From: Macrostomum hystrix
Lineage: Eukaryota > Animalia > Platyhelminthes
DNA length: 64,000 nucleotides
Reading direction: 5' to 3'
Assembly: GCA_950097015.1 (NCBI GenBank)
Contig: CATNEN010000003.1
Span: forward strand, 3,844,001-3,908,000
Made by a program: the position numbers and the translations under genes
Part shown: one piece after another, positions 1-10,938 of the stretch
Numbering within the stretch: position 1 is the stretch's first letter
How the letters are laid out: each line of letters opens with the position of its first letter
Notes under the pieces: model-generated
What the model was told of the DNA's origin: nothing
The model's input: the letters and a program-made list of their open reading frames with translations, nothing else
The model's database searches: none

Positions 1-423
1 CAATATGTATAATTTATGCATGTACATCTAAGGCTTGATATTGATTGCTATATTATGTAACTCAAATATATTGTTATTGACCGAAATATATGGCGCTATT
101 CTTAATCATTTCAGCATGCCACCATTGTGAAAAAAATCTAAAAAAAATCCAATGTGCTTACTGGTTTAGTAGTAGTAAAAAAGTATATATCAGTCTTTTT
201 TCAAGTATAATGATTTGTTTAGAATTTTTTGTGGCATGCAAATATTTTAGATTTTGTTATTACTATCTATTTCAGCTACGAAAAACATATTTTTTTGGTA
301 TTTCATTTCTGTACAAAAATGCATGTTCACCTTACGTCACCATTCTGGAACCACCACCCCACAAGAATCGATTTCTCTGACGTACATAGTTCTCTTTCGC
401 AGCCAACCCCGCTCCGCCGCTCT

Positions 424-526
424 CTCATTGGCCGCGGAGGGATGGCTAATGTGCATCAGCTTTTGTTGGCCTAGAATGAGCTGATTGGCTAACCGGGGGT
501 GTGCGCATAGCAGCTCTATTAAATAA
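424..526 (+). promoter_or_regulatory. Putative Pol II promoter: inverted CCAAT boxes/Y-box plus TATA-like element upstream of ATG 590
   Basis: CTCATTGGCC (~424-433), CTGATTGGCTAA (481-492, matches the Y-box consensus) and TATTAAATAA (~517-526), all within ~170 bp upstream of the ATG at 590. Confidence 0.45.
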
Positions 527-589
527 ATCATATCAGCATGCGAGCTAGTAGAGCGCCTAGCGGCAAATAATTAAATATTAAATAGAGAC

Positions 590-3283
590 ATGGATAAAAA
601 TAACAGTCAAGAATATGGTGCCACAGGTAATCAAAGTCTAACTAGTGCTAGCGAAGAGCCAAATACTACGGCTGATGCTAGTGAGACTAGTTTCACTGGT
701 GAAACAAGCACCGCTGATAGCAGCGGCAGCAACAGCAGCAGCAGCAGCGGCAACAATGCCAGCAGCGAAAGCAGCAGCACAAGTGACGCTACACAGAGCA
801 AAAGCAGCAGCAGTGCTGCTATTAGTAGCTCTGACAATAGAAACACAGCTGATAGCGAAGGAACTATGGCAAATCAAACAGAGGTCGATAGCGAGATTCG
901 ACCAGCTGCTATCATTGTCATTACAGGTGAGAACCTCCCACAATATGCGCAGTAAAATTACACGTAACAATTTCCGGCACACTTTCTCAAAACCTAGATG
1001 TCGTGAGTTCGATTCTCGGCATAGGGGGGGTATAATTTGTGTCTTTTTAGCAAGACACTTAATTTTCCGATGCTCCGGTACCATTGGATTACTAGGGGTT
1101 CGATTGGATTTATTATTTGTTTAATCTAGATTATCCCAACCTGGATCACAGATACCGCAACTAATAATAAAATATTAATTCCAGGAGGGCTGCAGCCAAT
1201 AGAACAACAATTGGTGATACTAGACCTACAGCCAGCGAGGAGGCAATTCTGCCCATTTCGCTGACTCCTGAGCACATACTCACACAGGTGTGTAACACCT
1301 GCCCTGACTTTCTCATCGTCAGGCAGTGAACACTGCCACTCGACAAGCCCCCAAGCCTTCTCTCCGCGGCTCCGCCCCATTTTTGCCGACGTGACTTATA
1401 ACTGAACTTAACGATAACCAATCTGCAATGCATCCAAGGTCCTGCTGGTCAGTCGCCGCGTGCCTCCAGCTGCCGCTGGGATCTGGACGCTGACGCCGAC
1501 GCTGACGCCACAGCATTCGAGGACGCGCAAAGCAACCGCTGGTTGAGCTCACAAGAGGAGGCCACAAACTCGGTCTCTGGGCCGCTAGACCCGGCCAGCT
1601 GTGAGAACTTTGCCACACCAGCTGCTGTATCCATGACAGCCGATGATGCAACTGTGGCTTTTGATCATCTGCCTGCAGTCGCTGCCGCCGCCGCAGCTGC
1701 TGATTTTGTCGATGCTGCGGCTAGGCGAACCCTAGGAATCAACGGCAGCAGCGAGTATGACGACGAGAATGATCAGACTGCCCTACCGCAGCAGCCGTCG
1801 GCTTCGCTGCTGCTGACTGCTGGAGTGCTGGAAGACACGGCGGTGCTGGAACTGCCAGCTTCAATGCCTTCAAGGTGCTTCTGCAATAACTTCCAGATCA
1901 CGACAATAAAGATCCCGCAGATCCCACAGAAAGATCCCGCAGATCCCACAGATCCCAAAGATCCTACAGATCCCACATATCCTCAAGTCCCACATATCCT
2001 CAGATCCCACATATCCTCAGATCCCATTAGTCCCACAGATCCCACAGATCCAACTGACCCCACAGATCCAACTGAACCCACAGATCCCACAGATCGTACA
2101 GATCCCAGAGTTCATAGATCCCTTAGATTCTCATATCCTAGAGGCCATCAGATCCTCGGACCCTCAAATATCAGTTTCTCAGATACCACATCCCACAAAC
2201 CCTTTAATCCTCAAATCACAGATCCTCAAATCTCATTCTCTGATAGCCAACCTCATTATATACATAAATTTCCCAGAAAACTCACTGATCTTAAGATGTA
2301 AACATAATATTTCTCCGTTCCTGATCCCTCTGGATGTGGGATCTGAGATCCTTGTGGATGCCTCTGAGCTCAGCTTATGAATAAATAACTTGTCAATCGT
2401 TTCGTCAAGTGCAAGCATTTATTCCGGATCTCCAATCAGGAGCTCCAACGATCACCAGGAAGTCACAATTGACGAGTCTCAAATACTCGACAATCAAAAC
2501 CAGAACCCGCCACTGCAGCAGCAGCAGCAGCAGCCTCGACTTCGCTCAACCCCGCCGAGAGGAGTCTACGGCGGTCCCGGTACCGCATTCCCGCCTATCC
2601 TTCTTCGTCGTCGCCTGGCCGCATTTCCAGTTGTGCTGCCCTACGGTGCCGCAGACGCCGCCGACGTCGCCGACGCTCCGGTCGACTGTCGAGTTGATCC
2701 GTTGGACAGCGAGACGGCAGCGAAGCTGGCTGATCGTCTAGTCGAATGGGAATCCGCAGATAGCGACGGTTGCTGCGGCGTCTGCCAACGCGGCGCGAAC
2801 AAGCCGAACTCCGGCGGCTTTCTGGGCTACCCGGTGTGCGGCTGCCCGCAGCTGCACGCACAATGCACTCTGGTCGGAGCCCTGCTAAACGCGCCAGATC
2901 AGCCGCGCTGCCTGGGCTGCGGCTGCCTTCAACAGCTGCACAGAACCGGCAGGGTCAAGCCGCTGCTCTATGCCGGATGCCGGGACAGCGGAGTCGGTCG
3001 CGGTCCTCTAGGAGAGGCTTGGTTCATCGTTGCCATGACGATTGGACTGTCAACATCGGCCGCTCTGTTAGCGGTGTCGGCTGCGCTGCTGCTGACTCTG
3101 GCTGAGCCGCTGACTCGAGGCCTGATGGCCGGAGCCGACCTGCCTCTGCTGGCTTGCCTGTTCAGCCTGCTGGCACTGGCTCTGCTGGCCTGCTTCCTGA
3201 TTGGCTGGCTGCTGGACAGGAACATTGGTGCAGTCTGGGAGCAGGTGTACAGCAGTAGACTGCAGGTGAGTAGGTTTGAATAA
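590..3283 (+). CDS. MARCH-like membrane RING-variant E3 ligase with long low-complexity N-terminus; exons ~590-926, (possible ~1185-1287), 1439-1874, 2440-3283
   Basis: Exon 590-926 ends ACAG|GTGAG (phase 1), which is phase-compatible with the acceptor at 1438. 1874 AAG|GTGC joins in frame to ATCAG|G at 2440 (phase 2). The last exon encodes C-x2-C-x17-C-x-C-x3-H-x2-C-x14-C-x2-C (C4HC3 order, 2774-2920) followed by two hydrophobic helices, the RINGv-2TM layout of MARCH proteins. I could not phase the 1185-1287 segment. The 3' end may be the stop at 3283 or a donor at 3266. Confidence 0.6.
995..1066 (+). mobile_element. Degenerate SINE fragment (B-box plus start of body)
   Basis: GAGTTCGATTCTC...TTTGTGTCTTTTTAGCAAGACACTTAA matches the fuller SINE copies at 3459-3764 and 13223-13503. 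Confidence 0.6.
1905..2115. repeat. Intronic ~9-bp tandem repeat (AGATCCCAC)n, degenerate
   Basis: Repeats are directly visible; they give the DPT repeats in ORF 1543..2301. Confidence 0.85.
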
Positions 3284-3289
3284 CTATTG

Positions 3290-3808
3290 CAGGTGTCGGC
3301 AAACACAGGCCCTCCAAGCTCTCAAATCCGGTCCGTTGCCCCTTCTGACACAGTATTCTGACTACAGTATACATTTTTCATCTTTACCGTCTCATCTCTC
3401 CCCTGTCTCGTCTCTCCCGTGTCTTATCCCTCCCCTGTCTCATTTCTCACTTATCTTAATTGATTGATTGATTGATTTCACCTGTCCGATTGGGCCAGAT
3501 GTGCAGCCGACAGCACAGCCGCAGCTATTGCGCGGCGCATCTGAAGGCTGTGTACGGCTGTTCAGTCCATGGACTGGGGGGACGCCACACCCACCTTCAA
3601 TTATCCCAGCTGATGCTGGTACCCATTTAACAGCTGGGTGAACTAAAGCAATGCAGAGTTAAGTGTCTTGCTAAAGGACACAATTTGTTCCAGTGGAGTC
3701 GGGAATCGAACCCCCGAGCTTCAAGTTGTGAGTCCGACGCTCTAACAACAAGGCTACAACCTCCCCACCTATCTCATAATTCCACAGTCAATGCGGTCCG
3801 CTATAGTT
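3290..3808 (+). mobile_element. hAT-like non-autonomous element copy A (5' TIR present, 3' end degenerate), interrupted by a SINE
   Basis: CAGGTGTCGGCAAAC at 3290 and the following GGCCCTCCAAGCTCTCAAATCCGGTCCGTTGCCCCTTC match 9349-9423. A few CTCTCCCGTGTCT-type units lie at 3388-3450. ACAGTCAATGCGGTCCGCT (~3784-3802) matches ~10865-10883. Confidence 0.75.
3459..3764 (-). mobile_element. tRNA-derived SINE, apparently full length, with (AATC)n tail
   Basis: The minus strand reads GGAGGTTGTAGCCTTGTTGTTAGAGCGTCGGACTCACAACTTGAAGCTCGGGGGTTCGATTCCC (A/B-box tRNA-like head). A CORE-like GTGTCCTTTAGCAAGACACTTAAC, the body and an AATCAATCAATC tail follow. Homologous copies occur elsewhere in the window. 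Confidence 0.85.
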
Positions 3809-4819
3809 ATCATTTAAAAGAGCGAGATCATCAATTTCCTTAGAAAGAACGAAAATCGTCTACCTTTAGAGTGATTTTGAAGCAACACTTTCTTAAAAAA
3901 TGTTTTTAAACCATTGATTTGATAGAAAAACTAAATCAACTATTTCTTGGGAGCAGTCTTACTATCGTTGATTTGTTGGAAGAATTATAATTAATTTACG
4001 AGCGATTTTCTAGGAAACATTTCCTAGAAATGTCGCGTCGATTCAAACTCTGAATCATTGAAAAAAAACAATTGGTTTCTTAGAAACGAAACCTAGCTCG
4101 TATTTTAATTTCAATTTTATGCACGGAATGCCAATTAATCACTACGTAAATAGAATTTGTTAAGTCAATTTTGTTAAAAAAATCTTCAGATTGCTTACAA
4201 ACTCGACCGCCTAACTGACGCCTGCGATCGCGTCCTTGCAGCCTCTCTCATGGCATGCACTTTTCTAGACTACCGCCCTGTCGGCTATCCGTTTCCAAAG
4301 CGGGGCAGCGCCTTTGTGAGCTACTTCTGCCTGAGACAACCGCCTCATTCGGGTGTCTCCAGGGTGTGAAACTGAATTATCGCAGCAAAACTTCGCCATC
4401 AATAATTAATTAGTGTCAGCTTTTTCTGAGTAGTCAATCGGTTTCAATCTAGTTTTCTAATTTTATTCCCGATATTTTTGTCTAACCAAATTGTACTAAA
4501 TTTTACGTTCAACGTATTGAACTAATATACTGCTTTAGATTTTCCTGTTGTTTTCGTCGTATGAGTTTTTGAATTTACTATATAAAAAGTTTGTGTTATC
4601 GACTGCTTTGATATATTTATTTTTTCTACCTTTAGACTACCTTTAGACTTTTAGACCTACGAATTTCTTACCGAGAGGTCGAAAGCTCGATTTCGTGGTA
4701 ATGGTACATTATATAGTATTTAACGCCGAAACATACTATATAATTTCATTGTATATATAGCATACCAGTAGCCAATTATAATAATTTATTTGAGTTAAGC
4801 CTACTAGATCGGCCATTAC

Positions 4820-5313
4820 TTATCGATGCATTGACCAGTTCGGACGAAGGTTTTACGACTGGAGACAACCTTCCTGAATTACCTGAACTAACAGCTGGTT
4901 TCGATGACGTTGATTTAGATGCCGTTGAATTGTCGTCTCTTCCTCGAAGCTCGAGAGAACAAATGAACAAATTAATATCGTGTCTGGAGAAGACTTCGTT
5001 ATCTCAAATCGGATGTTGCGTGTTAAGGTACGCGAATTTCATAATTCAGGTGGAACAACTAAGCAGTTTCTACCGATCGAGGAAGCAGATCTGGAAAAAG
5101 TCAAGGCATACTTTGATAGAACCACAGCCGAATGTGTCCATGACAGTCAGCAGGGCTCTAAAGCGGAAGGGCGAAGCGGAGACTGCGATCTCTACACTAA
5201 CGAGTGTGTCAGCTGATGCTACACATGGACAGAAGGATAGTATGTTCGATAGGACACCGAGCATGTTTGCCGGTTGCTCATTCCAGCACTGCACTATTAA
5301 CTTTACGAAGTGA
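4820..5313 (+). mobile_element. Internally deleted Crypton-like (DUF3504/KCTD1-ZMYM-type tyrosine recombinase) relic
   Basis: Three coding segments in two frames: FDDVDLDAVELSSLPRSSREQMNK; INIVSGEDFVISNRMLRVKVREFHNSGGTTKQFLPIEEADLEKVKAYFD; and a C-terminal SMFAGCSFQHCTINF. They resemble, from memory, the N-terminal, pre-catalytic and C-terminal motifs of CryptonA-type proteins. The catalytic core is absent. Confidence 0.55.
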
Positions 5314-6023
5314 TGCTCTAATTGTCATCCTTAGGATTGCAATATGGCTAGACACTTTGTTTTATAGTTCATTATCATGTTTTCAAGTTGTCTCGCTATA
5401 AATTAGTTATAATAGATATAACACAGCATATGAAAAACTGGTCTATGGTTAAAATGTTTTTTCAGCGCTAAGGAATGACAAAATAGTGCGTGTCATTATA
5501 ATACACTTGCGTATATGTACAATGGAGTCTATGGCAAAAAAACGTTTTTTTTCATTGCCAGTAAAAATATGTTGCTTTGGTGCTACTTGCAGTAGTTTTT
5601 CACGGATTATCTTCTAGTAACTTATTTCATTATTTTATTTCAACAGGCCTAGTGTCATTAGCGGGGTTAGAAAAGAGTATGAAAGAAATGCTGCGTTTTT
5701 TCACAATTTGTGGAGTCACAGCTATCGTATTTTCTCTTATTTCGAGTTCTAAGTCTAGAAATTTTAGAAGAAAACATTTAACGAATAACCATAAAATTGC
5801 TAATGACAATTACAGTGCAAAAATAATACATATAGCTATAAAAAGACAAATAGAGTTAGCATTGTTAATAGGAGAAAAATAATTTGGGATATGTTTGACA
5901 CAATCTAACCGGAAGAAAACGAAATCAAAAATGTTAATAAAACAAAACCAAATCGACGAGATTTTTAATATTTCAAAATATGGTTAAACATTTCAAAATA
6001 TCCTCAAGACTAAATCCACTCCA

Positions 6024-6135
6024 CTCTGCTTCGCTTCAGTTCACCCAGCTATTAGCTGGTGTAATTTGGGGTGGGTGTGGCGCCCCTCCCCCAGTCCATG
6101 GACTGAACAGCCGTACGCGACCTTAACGGCTGTTC
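6024..6135 (+). mobile_element. SINE internal fragment
   Basis: GTTCACCCAGCTATTAGCTGGGTAATT-like sequence followed by GGGTGGGTGTGGCG...CCCCCAGTCCATGGACTGAACAGCCGTAC, nearly identical to 13337-13426. Confidence 0.8.
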
Positions 6136-6208
6136 TGTCTGGCATTTATACTTCGATACTTCTGGGATTAAAAAAATGAATCATCCCTACAGTTCAAAAC
6201 AAAAAAAC

Positions 6209-9200
6209 TCAGTCATTTTTGACAACGGCAGCTCCGGCTGCCTCGCCGCCTGGCTCTCCCTCGATTTCATCTCCGTCGCAGTCAGCAAACAGGCCAGTCG
6301 AGTCGCCGTCGGTGGCGAAGCCGAATCTCTGTCCCGACGAGCCAAACAGCAGCGCTGTGAAGCCCAGCTCCACCAAGCACCACCACACCAGAAACAGGAT
6401 GAACAGCAGGTAGAGTGCTATGGCTAGTGACACTGGCAGGAAGATGTACCACAGCTTTGGCAAGGAGCTCAGACTCAGCTGAACAAAGTACAGATTGATG
6501 CAGATAACAGCAACAGCCAGCGCGGCTGTCACAATGGAATTGGCGGGTCCGTTGACGAATGTCCGACCCATGACGCGTTTAGATGCAGTGAATGTCAGGA
6601 TGGGAATGAGAGCGAATGGCAGCTGAAGGGACATCAGCACATTCAGCAGATCGTTCAGGCTGGTGAGCTGGTCTCGTCCGGCGAACACCGCCAGTAGTAC
6701 AGTCGGCAAAATGGCGATGGTTCGCGTGAGCAGTACTCGCTGATATTTCTTCCATTTCAGGCTAAGAAAGCCTTCCATGACGAACTGCCCGGCGTAGGTG
6801 CCTGAAAATTGATTGATTTGGAATCCTTAACAGAAAATAGGGAAGAATTACTAAGACTATCAATCAAAAAGCTGTCAATCACTGACCTGTCATGGTGGAT
6901 GACTGTCCTGCAGCCAGAATGCCCAGGGCCCAGATGTACATACAGGCGATGCCGAATTCGCAGCCCAGGAACACGCCGCCCCTGAAGATGTCCATGTCTC
7001 CGTTGCTGTTGTTGAAGACGTCAGCGTGCGGGTTTCCAACGGCAACGCATTTGTTATAAACTGTCTGCGGGTCTTGGTTTGAGTAGCCTTCGGCGAAGAC
7101 GGACACGACAAACATGTTGATGAGGAAGGAGACAAACAGAGCGATGCCAGCCTCCAGAAAAAAATAGAAGTTCGCCTCGCGAACTGCCCGCTTGGAGCGT
7201 CGGTTGACATTTCGCGAGCGAACGAGTGCGGAGTGCAGATAGATGTTGTGCGGCATGATGACGGCGCCGATGATACCGACCGCCTGTCGCGAATGTCACG
7301 GTGGCATGATTTGAAATAGTTTGACTAAATCTGCAGACATATTTACTAAGATTCGCGGGTTGCAGCCTTCAGATTCTTCCAGTAGGCAGCCACCCCTTGG
7401 TACTGTGACCTTCAGATTCTTCCAGTAGGCAGCCACCCCTTGGTACTGTGACCTTCAGATTCTTCCAGTAGGCAGCCACCCCTTGGTACTGTGACCTTCA
7501 GATTCTTCCAGTAGGCAGCAACCCCTTGGTACTGTGACCTTCAGATTCTTCCAGTAGGCAGCAACCCCTTGGTACTGTGACCTTCAGATTCTTCCAGTAG
7601 GCAGCAACCCCTTGGTACTGTGACCTTCAGATTCTTCCAGTAGGCAGCCACCCCTTGGTACTGTGACCTTCAGATTCTTCCAGTAGGCAGCCACCCCTTG
7701 GTACTGTGACCTTCAGATTCTTCCAGTAGGCAGCCACCCCTTGGTACTGACCTTCAGATTCTTCCAGTAGGCAGCCACCCCTTGGTACTGACCTTCAGAT
7801 CCTTCCAGTAGGCAGCCACCCCTTGGTACTGTGACCTTCAGATTCTTCCAGTAGGCAGCCACCCCTTGGTACTGTGACCTTCAGATTCTTCCAGTAGGCA
7901 GCCACCCCTTGGTACTGTGACCTTCAGATTCTTCCAGTAGGCAGCCGCCCCTTGGTACTGACCTTCAGATTCTTCCAGTAGGCAGCCACCCCTTGGTACT
8001 GACCTTCAGATTCTTCCAGTAGGCAGCCACCCCTTGGTACTGACCTTCAGATCCTTCCAGTAGGCAGCCACCCCTTGGTACTGTGACCTTCAGATCCTTC
8101 CAGTAGGCAGCCACCCCTTGGCACTGACCTTCAGATCCTTCCAGTAGGCAGCCACCCCTTGGTACTGACCTTCAGATGCTTCCAGTAGGCAGCCACCCCT
8201 TGGCACTGACCTACATATCCACGCAGAGGGTCCTAACATCCTACACAAGCCTTCAGACCTACACAATCCCCAGTTTGCGCACCTGTTCAAGCTGCGGACT
8301 GCCACAGCCGCTGCACCAGGGCACAAACATGCCAGTGAGCACCTGGCCTTGGTCCGGTCGCACTGTCACGTACTGGTAGCCGAATGTCACCGCCATGACG
8401 GTGATGAGGGCGCCAAAGAAGGCCTCCAGTTTACGAAGGCCGCATTCTTCGATTAGCAGGAAGGTGAATGTGTCCACTATGGTGACTAGGACGCCGGCCC
8501 AGAGGGGAACAACACCGTTTGATAGGAGGTTTAGAGCGATTGCAGTGCCAATCACTTCCTGGGAATTATAAGGAAATTAGTGATTTATAATCTGGCATGG
8601 ATTTTAATGACCTTCCCTTTTAGGACAATATCCCCTTCCGATGATTTCTGCCCTTTAATCTTTCCTTTTTCGATAATCTCTCCTTCTCCTATTTGGATTT
8701 TCTCTAATTCTCATGATCCTTATTAAGCTACCCAACCGAAGCTGCTCACCTGCATGTCGGAGCCGATGATGGCAATCTCAATCATGAGCCAGAGCAGCAG
8801 CCGGGGCACCCGCGGATACAGCTGCGCGCAAACCTCAGCCAGGTGCTGCCCGCTGACAACGCCAAGGCGAGCTGCCAGACGTTGCATCAACAAGCCAAGA
8901 ATGTGAGCCAGCAGCAGCAGCCAGAGCAGCTTGAAGCCGGCTAGACTGCCGCTCTGCAGGTCGGACTCGACATTGCCCGGATCCAAATAGGCGATGCTCA
9001 TCAGGAAGCCCGGCCCGGTGAAGGCCCAGAGCTTGCGGAATGAGAAACCGGTGCCAAAACAGGCGCTGGGATCCGTTTCCTCGTCAGGAATCGGGATCTT
9101 CTCGTCGAAGTAGGTCTCGACAGCGTCAGCAGCCGCCGATGATTGAGTCGGGTCTTGGTTGGCCCGCTGCGGATCATTTTGAATGCTTGGCGACTCGTTG

Positions 9201-9214
9201 ATGTCCTGGGTCAT
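6209..9214 (-). CDS. SLC11A2: NRAMP/DMT1 (malvolio-like) divalent metal transporter, ~576 aa; exons 9214-8750, 8558-8283, 7283-6887, 6801-6209
   Basis: Hallmark motifs [77 protein letters not shown] and LQLPFALIP. All three introns are GT-AG and phase-consistent (1731 nt CDS). The symbol denotes the family; SLC11A1/2 orthology is not resolvable. Confidence 0.96.
7367..8211. repeat. 43/41-bp minisatellite (~20 copies) filling NRAMP intron 2
   Basis: Unit CCTTCAGATTCTTCCAGTAGGCAGCCACCCCTTGGTACTGTGA; the 41-bp variant lacks one TG. Confidence 0.97.
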
Positions 9215-9348
9215 CCCGATGGCTTCAGTGGAGGTCGACTGTAAACGACGTGTTTTTGTTAAGTTGTAAAATCGAAATCGAAAAATCGAAAGTTGTAGAA
9301 ATGAAAATCGAAATGTAAAATTCATTTCATATGTATGAATTCATTTTA

Positions 9349-10938
9349 TAGGGGTCGGCAAACTCGGGCCCGCGGGCCAGATGCGGCCCTCGAAGCTCCT
9401 AAATCCGGCCAGTTGCCCCTTCCGACCCTACAGTATCCTGTCTTATCTTTTCCGTGTCCCATTTCTCCCGTGTCTCAACTCTCCCGTGTCTCATCTCTCC
9501 CGTGTCTTATCCCTGTCTTATCTCTCCCGTATCTCATCTCTCTCGTGTCTCAACTCTCCCATGTCTCACTCTCCCGTGTCTCAACTCTCCCGTGTCTCAT
9601 CTCTCCCGTGTCTCATCTCTCCCGTGTCTCAGCTCTCCCGTGTCTCATCTCTCCCGTGTCTCATCTCTCCCGTGTCTCATCTCTCCCGTGTCTCATCTCT
9701 CCCGTGTCTCATCTCTCCCGTGTCTCATCTCTCCTGCGTCTCAACTCTCCCGTGTCTCATCTCTCCCGTGTCTCATCTCTCCTGCGTCTCAACTCTCCCG
9801 TGTCTCATCTCTCCCGTGTCTCATCTCTCCCGTGTCTCATCTCTCCCGTGTCTCAACTCTCCCGTGTCTCATCTCTCCCGTGTCTCATCTCTCCCGTGTC
9901 TCATCTCTCCCGTGTCTCATCTCTCTCGTGTCTCAACTCTCCCGTGTCTCATCTCTCTCGTGTCTCATCTCTCCCGTGTCTCATCTCTCTCGTGTCTCAA
10001 CTCTCCCGTGTCTCATCTCTCTCGTGTCTCAACTCTCCCGTGTCTCATCTCTCTCGTGTCTCAACTCTCCCGTGTCTCATCTCTCCCGTGTCTCATCTCT
10101 CCCATGTCTCAACTCTCCCGTGTCTCAACTCTCCCGTGTCTCATCTCTCCCCTGTCTGAACTCTCCCGCGTCTCATCTCTCCCATGTCTCATCTCTCCTA
10201 TGTCTCAACTCTCCCGTGTCTCAACTCTCCCGTGTCTCATCTCTCCCGTGTCTTATCCCTGTCTTATCTCTCCCGTGTCTCATCTCTCCCGTGTCTCATC
10301 TCTCCCGTGTCTCAACTCTCCCGTGCCTGAACTCTCCCATGTCTCAACTCTCCCGTGCCTGAACTCTCCCATGTCTCAACTCTCCCGTGTCTCATCTCTC
10401 CCGTGTCTCATCTCTCCCGTGTCTCATCTCTCCCGTGTCTCATCTCTCCCGTGTCTCAACTCTCCCGTGCCTGAACTCTCCCGTGTCTCATCTCTCCCGT
10501 GTCTCATCTCTCCCGTGTCTCATCTCTCCCGTGTCTCATCTCTCCCGTGTCTCATCTCTCCCGTGTCTCATCTCTCCCGTGTCTCATCTCTCCCGTGTCT
10601 CATCTCTCCCGTGTCTCATCTCTCCCGTGTCTCATCTCTCCCGTGTCTCAACTCTCCCGTGCCTGAACTCACCGATGTCTCAACTCTCCCGTGTCTCATC
10701 TCTCCCGTGTCTCAACTCTCCCGTGCCTGAACTCACCGATGTCTCATCTCTCCCGTGTCTCAACTCTCCCGTGCCTGAACTCACCGATGTCTCAACTCTC
10801 CCGTGTCTCATCTCTCCCGTGCCTGAACTCTTCTCTGCCTTATCTCTCGCCAATCTCGTTTTCTACAGTCAATGCGGCCCGCTGTCGTCTTTTAGATTTT
10901 CTCTTTGGCCCGCCAGCTAATAAGTTTGCCGACTCCTG
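9349..10938 (+). mobile_element. hAT(Charlie)-like non-autonomous element copy B with both TIRs and an internal 16-bp minisatellite
   Basis: Left end TAGGGGTCGGCAAACT (9349-9364); right end AGTTTGCCGACTCCTG (10923-10938, reverse complement CAGGAGTCGGCAAACT, 14/16). Subterminal GGCCCGCGGGCC...GCGGCCC motifs are typical of hAT-Charlie-type ends. No clean 8-bp TSD seen. Confidence 0.85.
9452..10830. repeat. 16-bp minisatellite (CTCTCCCGTGTCTCA[T/A])n, ~85 units
   Basis: Directly visible; it explains the periodic VSSLPCLISPVSHLSR ORFs. Confidence 0.97.

Noticed and set aside
631-1124. Poly-Ala and poly-Leu alternative ORFs
   Set aside because: Alternative frames of an AGC-rich tract. The Ser-rich frame from ATG 590 has the proper start and splice donor.
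3690-3764. tRNA genes (also ~12350 and ~13225)
   Set aside because: The tRNA-like heads continue into a shared SINE body and lack a clean acceptor stem and terminator.
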